DNA of 64,000 nucleotides from Candidatus Hermodarchaeota archaeon (lineage in GTDB: Archaea; Asgardarchaeota; Lokiarchaeia; Sigyniarchaeales; SOKP01): contig JBHLLO010000006.1 of the NCBI GenBank assembly GCA_048885535.1, positions 4,314 through 68,313 on the forward strand. Direction: 5' to 3'. The notes below the pieces were generated by a model. It saw only the letters and a program-made list of their open reading frames with translations, did no database searches and had not been told where the DNA came from. This document shows, in pieces, positions 1 to 9,817 of this stretch (position 1 is the stretch's first letter; the number at the start of each line of letters is the position of its first letter). The position numbers and the translations under genes are program-made.

Positions 1-2
1 TC

Positions 3-848
3 TGTCATCTTCGTATGGTAATATAGCTAGAATACATGTTTCTGAATCAGCTAAGGTTATGGGACCATGTGGAAATTCTGCTGTCGAGTATGCTTGTCCA
101 AAGATTCTAGCACCCTCTTTTAGTTTGAGAGCAGCTTCCATAGCTGTAGCATATTCAGGACCGCTCCCTAAAATAAAACAATATTTAATAGTTTTAAAAT
201 GTATAGCATATTCCTTAACTTTTTCCTGTATTTGAGGAAGTGCTGAATAAATTCTATCGGGTATACGTATTATTTCAACCCAAATCTTGTTATATTCTTC
301 ATTAGAAACAGATTTATTTTCTTTTGCAATTTCAAGTGAGAGCATAGCTAATACTGCTAATTCTGATACGTATGTTTTAGTTGCTAATACCGACTTCTCT
401 TTACCACATTTTAACTCAATGATGAAACTACATTTTTTTGCTAAAGTAGATTTTGAATTATTCATTATTCCAACTGTGAAACAGCCTCTTTTTTTCGCAA
501 TACCTATAGAATCAATCGTATCCTTTGTTTCACCACTTTGAGATATTGCTATTACACAATCATCTTCCTTCAAAATAGGTTCTATTAAATATTGAAATTC
601 CATTGAAAATTCAGTAAATGTGGGAATTTTTGTTAAACGATTAAACATGTATGACATTGCAAAACCAGCATGATATGAACTTCCCGATCCAATTAAATAA
701 ATATGCTTAACTTTCTTAATAATCAATTCTTTAGCAATTCTACTAATTAAATCCTTTTGTTGAGTCGCTTTATTTAATGCCGTTGGAATTTCAAAGATTT
801 CTTTCTGAGTAAACTTGCCTAAATTATCTATATTAATTTCTTTTTGTC
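3..848 (-). CDS. SIS-domain sugar-phosphate isomerase (GlmS isomerase-domain-only paralog), 3' end truncated by window edge
   Basis: Not in the ORF track; translated by hand from TTG at 848: LSEGQKEINIDNLGKFTQKEIFEIP...HIYLIGSGSSYHAG...IAISQSGETKDT...AMEAALKLKEGARIFGQAYSTAEFPHGP. These are both SIS-domain motifs of GlmS, with no N-terminal glutaminase domain. Confidence 0.88.
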
Positions 849-1048
849 CTTCACTCAAAATTTACACTTTTATACGTTTTTAGAGATTATTTCATTCAAA
901 TCTAAGATACTCATTAAATACTTAACATTGTTTTTTAAGTTATTTACATTAAATTTATTAGAATAAAAAAAAATAATAAAAAATTATTAATCTATCAAAA
1001 ATTATTGAACAATAAATATCCTAATTCACTCCCAAGAGAGGATTATAA

Positions 1049-2905
1049 TTGTGTGGTATATTCGGAATCATTACTAATCAGAATCTTTCAATTGGTAAAA
1101 TAGCCCTCGAGGGGATTAAACGTTTAGAATATCGTGGCTATGATTCTTGCGGTATTGTAACCCAATTTGATTCAAAGTTATATATTAAAAAAGATGCTGG
1201 TAAGATTGATGAGATTCATAAAAGACTAAAATTAGATGAGTTTCCGAAAGGATCTAGATTAGCATTAGCACACACAAGATGGGCAACCCATGGAGCTCCT
1301 ACAAAAGTCAATAGCCACCCACATCTAGACTGTCAATCTAAAGTTGCTGTAATTCATAATGGAATTTTAGAAAATTTCATTGAGTTAAAAGAAGAACTAC
1401 TATCTAAAGGCCATGTATTCCTTTCTGATACTGATACCGAAATAATCCCTCATTTAATTGAAGATTATATGAAACAAAACTTGGATTTCAAAAATGCAGT
1501 GGTTAAAGCCGTTCAAAGATGTAAAGGTGCTTATGGTGTTGCTATTTGCCATGCCGATTATCCAGACACTATAATTACCGTTAGAAAGGAATCACCAATA
1601 GTAGTTGGAATAGATAAAAATAATACTTCTTTTTGTGCCTCAGATATACCAGCTTTTTTACCGTATACTCGTAATTGTTTCATATTAGAGGATGATGAAA
1701 TGGCTGTTTTAAACCCTGGGTCAGTTAAATTCTATGATATATACGATAGTGATGTACCCAAAAATAAAGAAATGCAAAAAATTGAATGGACAATTGATGC
1801 TGCAGAAAAAGGAGGTTATGAGCATTTTATGTTGAAGGAAATTTATGAAGAACCTTTAGCTTTAAGAAAAACTATGAGAATCTCGAAAGAATTGCTTAAA
1901 ACCTTTGCAACAATTTTATGGGGCGCAAAAAATATATATATCACTGCAGCAGGGACATCTTTTTTTGCCTCTTTGGCAGGTAAATTCGTTATCACAAAAT
2001 TTTTAGATAAATATATTGAGGCAATTGAATGTTCAGAATTTAAGGTTCAGCTAGGTAATGCTTTAAAAGAAGATTCTGTAATTATTGCTATTTCTCAATC
2101 AGGAGAAACTATAGATTTAATTGAAGCTATAAGATGGGCAAAGGAAAAACTCGGGAAAAAACTCAAAGTTTTATCAATTACGAATGTAATAGGTTCTAGT
2201 CTTACTAGGTACTCAGATCATGTGATCACTACTCAAGCAGGACCCGAAATTGGTGTGGCTGCAACAAAAACTTATTGTACTCAAGTACTAACTCTCTCCT
2301 TAATTGCATTAGAAATAGCTGAATTAAGGAAAGTATTATCTGATGAGGAAATAAAAAATTATTACAATGCACTAAATAGAACACCAGATATTATAGAAAA
2401 TTTCTTAAAAGACAATATCGAAATAATAAAAAATCTTGTAGAAAGTCTCGATAAAAGTCATAACTTTTTCTATTTAGCCAGAGGAATCTCAATTGCTATA
2501 GCTAAAGAAGGAGGTTTAAAATTAAAAGAAGTAGCCTGCCGGTTTATAGAAGGCTATTCAGCAGCTCATGCTAAGCATGGTCCAATATCATTAGTAAGAG
2601 AGGGTTTCCCGATTATATTTATCGCTCCTCCTGATGAGACATACGAAAGATTAATAGGAAATGTTATGGAATTTAAAGCAAGAGGCGGTAAAATTATTTC
2701 ACTTGTAGTAGATGACGATAAAAAAATAACAAATTTAAGTGATATAACAATTAGAATTCCTCAGCCAAGCGACAGATATCACAGTATTTTCAGTCCAATA
2801 ACATTTGTTCCAGCATTACAATTGTTATCTTATTATGCGGCATTAAAGCATGGATTAGATCCAGACCAACCTTTAAATCTAGCAAAAACAGTTACAGTAC
2901 ATTAA
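1049..2905 (+). CDS. glmS: Glutamine--fructose-6-phosphate aminotransferase (isomerizing)
   Basis: N-terminal Ntn nucleophile MCGIFG; RGYDSCG, HTRWATHG, HNG, DTE; SQSGET; KHGP; C-terminal NLAKTVTV. Confidence 0.97.
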   Translation: MCGIFGIITNQNLSIGKIALEGIKRLEYRGYDSCGIVTQFDSKLYIKKDAGKIDEIHKRLKLDEFPKGSRLALAHTRWATHGAPTKVNSHPHLDCQSKVAVIHNGILENFIELKEELLSKGHVFLSDTDTEIIPHLIEDYMKQNLDFKNAVVKAVQRCKGAYGVAICHADYPDTIITVRKESPIVVGIDKNNTSFCASDIPAFLPYTRNCFILEDDEMAVLNPGSVKFYDIYDSDVPKNKEMQKIEWTIDAAEKGGYEHFMLKEIYEEPLALRKTMRISKELLKTFATILWGAKNIYITAAGTSFFASLAGKFVITKFLDKYIEAIECSEFKVQLGNALKEDSVIIAISQSGETIDLIEAIRWAKEKLGKKLKVLSITNVIGSSLTRYSDHVITTQAGPEIGVAATKTYCTQVLTLSLIALEIAELRKVLSDEEIKNYYNALNRTPDIIENFLKDNIEIIKNLVESLDKSHNFFYLARGISIAIAKEGGLKLKEVACRFIEGYSAAHAKHGPISLVREGFPIIFIAPPDETYERLIGNVMEFKARGGKIISLVVDDDKKITNLSDITIRIPQPSDRYHSIFSPITFVPALQLLSYYAALKHGLDPDQPLNLAKTVTVH

Positions 2906-2913
2906 ATATATTA

Positions 2914-4398
2914 TCAGACTTTTCTTACTTGAAAGATGTGCCCTTTCCATGGATCTAGTCTTACAAACAATCCCTTTTCTTTCAGATCCTGACCATTATA
3001 GGAATACTTTTTCTGGTTAAGTACATCATTAAAGCTCCAATCTGCGATGCCATAATCTAATTCTTCCAAAATAATATAAGCTCGCGAAATTTGTAGACTA
3101 TAATTAACCACAACCAATAATCTATCTTTTTCAGTCCACCATTGGTATGCTATGATATTCTCATGAGTATTATCATCTCCTGGATTTACCTTGCATAATT
3201 TCCAGTTTCCATTTTCAAATTCCTTTCCAGGAATAATCTCCATTAAAATATCATAAAATAGCATGATATCAATATTATCTGATTCAGTAGGGTATTTTCC
3301 TAATTGAATAGGCAATTTCTTCTCAAAACCATGCATTTGACCTTCAAAAACAAGTCTAGCACCTGGTAACGTTAAAGTGATTAAAGCAGCTGCCATGGAT
3401 GCTTCTTCTCCAAAAACAGACACAGATCTCTGTTCATCATGATTTTCTATGAAGCGTAATAACTTCTTCTGGTAATCCCAATTGGCTTGTAGATGTTCTT
3501 TTATCGAACGTGAATCTTCCTTAGCTAAACGTTCATATAGCTTTTTATCGTAACAATAATCAAATCCTTGTTGTTGAAGTTTCCATTCTAAATCCCAATA
3601 TACTTCTGCAATAAATTTAAAATTTGGATACTTTTCTTTTACTTTAGGTATAATTTCTTCCCAATATTCGCGTTCTGGAAGTGTTCCAGCTTTTTCACCC
3701 CAAGTATTGCTAAACACATCATTAATCATTAACATAGCCATGTCACAACGTACTCCATCACACTGAGCAGCAATTGAGAGGATTGTGTTAGATGCTTTAG
3801 AACGTGCATCTGAAGAAAAAGCATTAATTTGTACTGTATCTGTCCAGGGAGGAAAGTTAGGATCACGCCCATGAGCATAAATTGTATTACCGACAGAGAA
3901 GTATTCAAAAGGTTTTTTCATTAAATCATCAAGTGTACCTTTAATAAAAAAATCAGACTTTTCTAATGTCCATAAATGGTCAACAGCAACATGATTGGGA
4001 ACATAATCCAATATTAACGTTAAGCCACGATCATTTAACAGTTTACGAAAACTAGCTAATGCTTCAGTACCACCTAGATGTGAATCAACATGGTAATAAT
4101 ATATCGCATATGGAGAACCTATAACGTCATCTGTGTTATAATAATCTAATGCCTTCTGATATTCCTTTTGTAATCCTTCATGGTTAAGCGCAATATCTCT
4201 CCCTCTCGGACTTCTTTCCCATATTCCCATTAGCCAAACAGCATCAAAATATTTATATTCTTGGTCAATTAATTCAACAGGTACATTACTTAAATCAATT
4301 TTATGTCCATATATTTCAGATAAAGAATGCAACCAAGGCCATGTGTTTATTTCTATAATTCTGGGATGTTTAGACCAGTTAAAGTCTTGATTCAACAT
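2914..4398 (-). CDS. GH13 alpha-amylase family glycoside hydrolase
   Basis: Conserved regions LDYVPNH, DGVRCDMA (nucleophile Asp), FIAEVYW (acid/base Glu) and RFIENHDE. Confidence 0.9.
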   Translation of the reverse strand: MLNQDFNWSKHPRIIEINTWPWLHSLSEIYGHKIDLSNVPVELIDQEYKYFDAVWLMGIWERSPRGRDIALNHEGLQKEYQKALDYYNTDDVIGSPYAIYYYHVDSHLGGTEALASFRKLLNDRGLTLILDYVPNHVAVDHLWTLEKSDFFIKGTLDDLMKKPFEYFSVGNTIYAHGRDPNFPPWTDTVQINAFSSDARSKASNTILSIAAQCDGVRCDMAMLMINDVFSNTWGEKAGTLPEREYWEEIIPKVKEKYPNFKFIAEVYWDLEWKLQQQGFDYCYDKKLYERLAKEDSRSIKEHLQANWDYQKKLLRFIENHDEQRSVSVFGEEASMAAALITLTLPGARLVFEGQMHGFEKKLPIQLGKYPTESDNIDIMLFYDILMEIIPGKEFENGNWKLCKVNPGDDNTHENIIAYQWWTEKDRLLVVVNYSLQISRAYIILEELDYGIADWSFNDVLNQKKYSYNGQDLKEKGLFVRLDPWKGHIFQVRKV

Positions 4399-4602
4399 AG
4401 AAAATCTTCCTAAAAATATATTTTCTTGATATAATGAATATATTGTATTTAGCTTTATTTATAAAATAACTTCATTATAGCTCCTCTATAAGAGCCAAAA
4501 ATATCAGTTAGAACAATGTAAGATTTATTTAAAGATAAATACATATATATTTTAGCATCATCATTACTATAATAAGAAAATAAAAGAGTTAATTATGGAA
4601 AA

Positions 4603-5175
4603 ATGAGTGAAGAGAAGGAAGCCTTAAGGAAGTTAATTATGTTGATTTCAGACTTACGTGCCAAAGATGAAGAACGATATGAAGCTCATGTCAATTTCAT
4701 GAATGAAACGATTAAAATGATTAGTGCCATCGAATCTCAAATGAATAAACATTGGTCTACAGTTTTAGATTCACTGAAAGAATTAAATGAAAATATTAAT
4801 AATAATCTGGATTCATTACTTACAGGTATTAATCCTAAAGGTTTAAGAGAAACATCTAAATCTTTACAGGAAATAATGGATACAATGAATAAAAGTGTTC
4901 AAACAATGAATTTAGAAAAAGTTTTAAGTGAATTAAAAGTGCTTAAATCTTCAACTATTCAATCGACAGGAGGATATGTCCCTCCAGTCCCAGTAGGACA
5001 GCAACCTGAACAAATTACTGCAGATATTAATTTGATTCCCCCCACTGGAGCTAAAACAACTCCCACACAAGAAACTGAGTTATATGGTTATATACCTCCA
5101 AAAAAGAAGAAAAAAGAGGAGGAGGAGGAAGAAGAGCCTCATCTTATGAAACCTTCAGATCTATTTAAGAAGTAG
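4603..5175 (+). CDS. Hypothetical protein: helical/coiled-coil N-terminus, Pro-rich linker, K5/E7 tract, C-terminal HLMKPSDLF peptide
   Basis: 190-aa ORF with a plausible upstream purine tract; composition read from the translation. Confidence 0.75.
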   Translation: MSEEKEALRKLIMLISDLRAKDEERYEAHVNFMNETIKMISAIESQMNKHWSTVLDSLKELNENINNNLDSLLTGINPKGLRETSKSLQEIMDTMNKSVQTMNLEKVLSELKVLKSSTIQSTGGYVPPVPVGQQPEQITADINLIPPTGAKTTPTQETELYGYIPPKKKKKEEEEEEEPHLMKPSDLFKK

Positions 5176-5179
5176 TATT

Positions 5180-6532
5180 TTATTGAGTAAACATATCCAT
5201 GAAAGGTTTTAAACGTTCTTTTACTTCTTCAAGATTATCCCCTATTTTTCGGAAAGAAATTCCAACAGCAGGAATATCAAGATCATCCTTAATTTCTTGT
5301 TTCAGACTGTCATATATATTAGAAATAGAAGGGCATCCAAAAGCTTGATTAAAAATTAATCCATCAATCTCCATCTCCTTCGCGATTTTGAAGTAAGAAT
5401 TCTTTAAATTCACAAGATTACACCCTATTCCTTCCATTGAGGCTTTTAAAAGAAATTTAGCATAATCTTCTATAGGATCTGAATTGTTTGATACAGGGAT
5501 TTCTTCAAGTAATCCTAAAAGTTCCCAATCAGCATAAATTACCCTTCCTCCAAGTTGGGATACAATCTCATGAATCTCAGGTTCCCAACCTGTAAACATT
5601 GGGGAGAAGAGCAGACGAGGTTTATTTGAAACATCCATTCCAACGCCCTTTTTAATTCTTTCTCTCATTTCTTTCACCAATTGACTTAAATTCTCTAAAT
5701 ATCTTTGCGCATTAGAATTATAATCTTGAAATGAAATTGTAAGTAATGCTAGAATCTCTGAAAAGACAGCAGGATTACATGGATAGAAATCACCCATACT
5801 AATCTCGTATAATATTGTTTTATAGAACCTTTTTACTTGATTTCCAATTCTAAATTGCTTTCTTAGACTATCATCAGAGACATAATTTCCTGTTATATTT
5901 TCTAATTCTTTAATGGCTTTTTGTACATTCCTTTTCATTATTTGGAGTGTTTCTGTTTTATCCTCGATTTCTTTTGGAGGGATATCAATCCACACCTGAT
6001 TAGGCACTAATGCATTTAAAGACTCCGAATATTTATTCCATTCTCCACATCGCATAGCAAAATTCAAGTTTCCATCAATTTGTGTACCGACTGATTTATG
6101 CATTCCATAGAGAGCATTAACTCCATAACATAAGTCTGATGGAATTCCATTTTCAGATCCCAAATCATACATTTGGTTATATTTTTCATTTACAGAGCCT
6201 ATTACATCATCTAGGATTTTATCGACAAGTTTTAATACATCAAATTTTTTAGCAATATCTAACACTTTTGAGGTTAAATCCCATCCTAATACACTCGTAG
6301 CAGAATTTAATGCTATTAAAAGAGTATTAATTTTGAATGATTCCATCCTAATTGGAAAAACAGGAATCGCATTAGCTGCAAACACTAAATCAGGAAATCC
6401 TAACGCTACAGAGATCAATTTCTTACGTTCTCGAGTTTTTCGTGTCTTTAGGTAATCCTTACCAGATAAGAAATTATAGGACATCTTCAATACAGAAGTA
6501 AAGCTAAGTACATCCTCGGCATAAATGCTCAT
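5180..6532 (-). CDS. 2-hydroxyacyl-CoA dehydratase family subunit (HgdA/FldB/BcrB-like), paralog 1
   Basis: Putative Fe-S Cys motifs DLCYG, MRCGEW and AFGCPSIS; EI..QLGGRVIYAD; clearly paralogous to 10556-11911. Confidence 0.8.
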   Translation of the reverse strand: MSIYAEDVLSFTSVLKMSYNFLSGKDYLKTRKTRERKKLISVALGFPDLVFAANAIPVFPIRMESFKINTLLIALNSATSVLGWDLTSKVLDIAKKFDVLKLVDKILDDVIGSVNEKYNQMYDLGSENGIPSDLCYGVNALYGMHKSVGTQIDGNLNFAMRCGEWNKYSESLNALVPNQVWIDIPPKEIEDKTETLQIMKRNVQKAIKELENITGNYVSDDSLRKQFRIGNQVKRFYKTILYEISMGDFYPCNPAVFSEILALLTISFQDYNSNAQRYLENLSQLVKEMRERIKKGVGMDVSNKPRLLFSPMFTGWEPEIHEIVSQLGGRVIYADWELLGLLEEIPVSNNSDPIEDYAKFLLKASMEGIGCNLVNLKNSYFKIAKEMEIDGLIFNQAFGCPSISNIYDSLKQEIKDDLDIPAVGISFRKIGDNLEEVKERLKPFMDMFTQ

Positions 6533-6863
6533 TTTTTAGAGTACTCCTTAGATTTGAAAAAGCTATCAACTTTTTAATAATTATAATTTAAAAATAATCA
6601 TAATTTTATAATAAAATTTATGAGAGCTTTTTTAAAGGGATTAAACATTGTTGATTTAAAAAAAGATTGACTTATTATAGTTAATATTTGAGTTCTAAAC
6701 TCGAAATTTGACTCCCAAAGCATTTAAATGAACCAAAGATTTAAGTATAAAGATCGATGTATATGACCTAGAATATATTTTTGCAAAGGACTCCAAAATT
6801 TAGAAATTATATCAAAGAAAAAAATTACAAACGTTAAATAAATCCGATATAATTTAAATGGTT

Positions 6864-6887
6864 GTTTTTAACCACAGTGGTAAAAAC
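6864..6887. promoter_or_regulatory. Imperfect palindrome (putative operator or 5' leader hairpin) upstream of the B12-enzyme operon
   Basis: GTTTTTAACCAC-A-GTGGTAAAAAC: 11 paired positions with one bulged A, just downstream of a TATA-like ATATAATTTAAAT. Confidence 0.4.
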
Positions 6888-6953
6888 CTTAAACCAAAAA
6901 TCATCCACTATCCATTTAATAATCGGTTTAATGAAATCCATTTCGAATGCAAA

Positions 6954-6960
6954 GAGGTGA
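6954..6960 (+). promoter_or_regulatory. Shine-Dalgarno site GAGGTGA
   Basis: Archaeal-type SD 5 nt before ATG 6966. Confidence 0.75.
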
Positions 6961-6965
6961 AATAA

Positions 6966-8714
6966 ATGATAAATCAAAGAATGATAAATAATAGAAGAAA
7001 TGAAAATAGTAAAATTATTTTGACAGCAAGCATAGGTCAGTGTGTTCATATAGCAGGTGCCTATAATTTTATGCAAATTGCAGAAAATTTAGGTTATAAG
7101 TGTACTTTTTTAGGGCCTGCTATTAGTATCTCAACTGTTATCGATAAGATCAAAGAAATTGGTCCAAATATTGTTGGAATAAGTTATCGATTAACTCCTG
7201 AGACTGTTATACCTTTACTTAAACAATTTTTCATAAAGTATGAAAAATTGAAAGAAAAGCCTGAAAGATTATTCTTTGCTGGAACTCCAGATGTTGTTAA
7301 AATTGCTAAACAATATAGAGAATTTGATGAATTTTTTATTGGTGGAGAACCCCAATTTGAAGTAATTTCAATTTTAAGAAAAGAGAAACAAAAATCAGAG
7401 GGTTCTTTAGAAATTCCAATGGATTTATTATCTCGAATAGAATGGAAAAAACCTTACCCCATAATTAGAACCCATTTTGGATTACCAAATTTAGACATAA
7501 CTATCAAGGGAATAAAGAGAATTGCTAGGGCAAAAATTTTAGATATTATTTCTATTGCTCCAGATCAGAATACTCAAGCAAATTATTTTCACCCCGAAGA
7601 TCAAATAGATGAATTATCTGGTGCGGGCGGAGTAACTCTAAGATCTAAAGAAGACTTTATAAAATTACACCAAGCTAGATTAACTGGAAATTATCCAATG
7701 TTAAGGATTTATGCAGGAACTAGAGACATTATAAAACTAGGAAATCTTTTTAGAAAAACTATCCAAAATGCATGGGCTGCTATTCCGATATTTTGGTTTA
7801 ATCAAATGGATGGTAGAGGTCCTCTCTCTTTGAAAGAATCCATAAAAGAACATATACAAGCTATAAAATGGCATGCTAAAAGGAAAATTCCTGTAGAAAT
7901 TAATGATCCCCATCATTGGAGTCTTAGAGATGCACCTGATGCGATTACAGTGGCAGATATGTACTTATGTGGTAAAATTGCTAAAATTCTTGGTGTTAAA
8001 GATTTTATTGCACAATACATGTTTAATACTCCCCCTTCAACCAGTTTTGATATGGATTTAGCAAAAATTTTAGCGAAAGATGAATTGCTTCATACTTTGA
8101 TAGATGATAATTTTTCAATCATTCGACAAGTTCGTACTGGATTAGCCAGTTTTCCATTAGATTTAGACAAGGCAAAAGGTCAATTAGCAGTAGCCACTAT
8201 GGTTCAGTTAGTAATTAAACCAGATATTGTTCACGTAGTAAGTTATTCAGAAGCAGATCATGCTGCGCAACCTGAGGATATAATTGAAAGTTGTAAAATC
8301 GTTGATCAAGTAATAAGTAAAGTATATTCAAGTAATTTAAAGATAGCTGATGAGAAAATCCAACAAAGAAAAGAAGAGTTAATAAAACAAGCAAAATGGA
8401 TCATTGATATTATACCTTTTTTAGCTAAAAATAATAAAGAGTCTAAGAACCCATATATAAATCATAAAGTTTTAAACCGAGTTGTAAAATTTGGCATCTT
8501 TGATGCGCCACATCTAAAAAACAATAAGTTTGCATTGGGTCAAATAAAAACTAAAATAATAGATGGTGCTTGCTATTCTTGGGACCAAAAGCTACTAAAA
8601 AAGTATAACGAAATCCAAAGAATTCAGGATTTGATTTCAAATATTAAAGATATCACATTACCCAAATCTTTATGGGAACAGGGAATGTCAATTAATGAGG
8701 TGATGACTCATTGA
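6966..8714 (+). CDS. Cobalamin-dependent mutase-like protein: N-terminal B12-binding domain fused to a glutamate mutase epsilon-like TIM barrel
   Basis: Base-off/His-on motif variant GQCVHIAG...VGISYRL...FAGT. C-terminal segments (PMLRIYAGTRD, LGVKDFIAQY, ASFPLDLDKAKGQL, SYSEAD, FGIFDAP) match GlmE/MutE segments in order, as recalled from memory. Confidence 0.72.
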   Translation: MINQRMINNRRNENSKIILTASIGQCVHIAGAYNFMQIAENLGYKCTFLGPAISISTVIDKIKEIGPNIVGISYRLTPETVIPLLKQFFIKYEKLKEKPERLFFAGTPDVVKIAKQYREFDEFFIGGEPQFEVISILRKEKQKSEGSLEIPMDLLSRIEWKKPYPIIRTHFGLPNLDITIKGIKRIARAKILDIISIAPDQNTQANYFHPEDQIDELSGAGGVTLRSKEDFIKLHQARLTGNYPMLRIYAGTRDIIKLGNLFRKTIQNAWAAIPIFWFNQMDGRGPLSLKESIKEHIQAIKWHAKRKIPVEINDPHHWSLRDAPDAITVADMYLCGKIAKILGVKDFIAQYMFNTPPSTSFDMDLAKILAKDELLHTLIDDNFSIIRQVRTGLASFPLDLDKAKGQLAVATMVQLVIKPDIVHVVSYSEADHAAQPEDIIESCKIVDQVISKVYSSNLKIADEKIQQRKEELIKQAKWIIDIIPFLAKNNKESKNPYINHKVLNRVVKFGIFDAPHLKNNKFALGQIKTKIIDGACYSWDQKLLKKYNEIQRIQDLISNIKDITLPKSLWEQGMSINEVMTH

Positions 8715-9817
8715 AATTTGCTGTTATTGGAGCCGGAAATGGAGGTAGAGCATTCGCTGCTTATTTAGTATCGAAAGGATACACTCTTAATCTTTATAAT
8801 CGTTCTTTCACAAGAATTTGTGATATTAAAAAAAAACATGGTATCAAATCAAAAGGAGAAATTAAAGGTTTTTTTCCGATAGATTTAATAACGCAAGATT
8901 TAAAATTGGCAATTAGCGATGTCGATATTATCATAATTGTAACTCCCGCTTCAGCACATAGAAGTATTGCTAAAAAAATTGCTCCACATTTATTCCAAGA
9001 TCAAATAGTATTGTTAAATCCTGGAAGGACATTTGGAGCTGTTGAATTTAGAAAAATTATCGAAGAAGAAAGAGGTTCTTTTCCAATATTTATAGCAGAA
9101 ACTCAAACCATGCTATTTACTTCAAGACAATTAAAAAAAAATAAAGTAGAAATATTGAAAGTAAAGAATTCAGTTAATTTCTGTGCATTTCCTGAAAAAG
9201 ATAATTTCTTTATTTATGATACTCTAGTAGATATTTTTCCTCAATTAAATATTATAGATGATTATTTGGAAGTAACACTGAACAATATTGGAATGTTACT
9301 TCATCCTGCTCTTTCATTAATGAATGCAGGCGCTATAGATGGGAGAAGAGCCTTTAAATTTTACAAGGAAGGGGCTACTCCGAGAGCCTGTGAAGTTCTT
9401 GAAACAATTCAGTTCGAATTAAATAAAATCTTTCAAAAACTGGGGCTTAAACAAATAAAATTCTGTAAATGGGCCAATAGTTCATATGGTACTAAAGAAA
9501 AAAATATCTATGAAACAATTCAAAATATTGATGCATATCGAAACATTAGTGCTCCGAAGACATTAATGATGAGATATCTAACTGAGGATGTGCCTACAGG
9601 ATTGGTTCCAACTGCTTCCCTAGGAGAATTCTTACAAATAGACACACCCGTTTTAAATTCTATAATAAAATTATCATCTATTCTATCTGGTATTGATTTT
9701 AAAAAAGAAGGGAGAACTATCGAGAATTTAGGTTTAGAAGATTATCTTACCAATAGGATTAAATTAGAAGAACCAATAGAAATCTCAGAATTAGAAAGTA
9801 AAAAAGTCAAAATCTAA
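8711..9817 (+). CDS. NAD(P)-dependent opine (octopine/nopaline) dehydrogenase family protein
   Basis: Rossmann motif KFAVIGAGNGG; LNPGRTFGA; AET; LNNIG..LHP; RYLTEDVPTGLVP family motif. Overlaps the upstream gene by 4 bp. Confidence 0.88.
   Translation: MKFAVIGAGNGGRAFAAYLVSKGYTLNLYNRSFTRICDIKKKHGIKSKGEIKGFFPIDLITQDLKLAISDVDIIIIVTPASAHRSIAKKIAPHLFQDQIVLLNPGRTFGAVEFRKIIEEERGSFPIFIAETQTMLFTSRQLKKNKVEILKVKNSVNFCAFPEKDNFFIYDTLVDIFPQLNIIDDYLEVTLNNIGMLLHPALSLMNAGAIDGRRAFKFYKEGATPRACEVLETIQFELNKIFQKLGLKQIKFCKWANSSYGTKEKNIYETIQNIDAYRNISAPKTLMMRYLTEDVPTGLVPTASLGEFLQIDTPVLNSIIKLSSILSGIDFKKEGRTIENLGLEDYLTNRIKLEEPIEISELESKKVKI

Noticed and set aside
287-541. 84-aa plus-strand ORF
   Set aside because: Antisense shadow of the SIS-domain gene on the minus strand.
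6966-8714. Methionine synthase or corrinoid methyl-carrier annotation for the B12 protein
   Set aside because: No cap, pterin-binding or homocysteine-binding domain motifs; the C-terminal part follows a GlmE-like pattern.
8711-9817. Staphylopine/pseudopaline-type metallophore cluster
   Set aside because: No nicotianamine synthase, racemase or exporter nearby.
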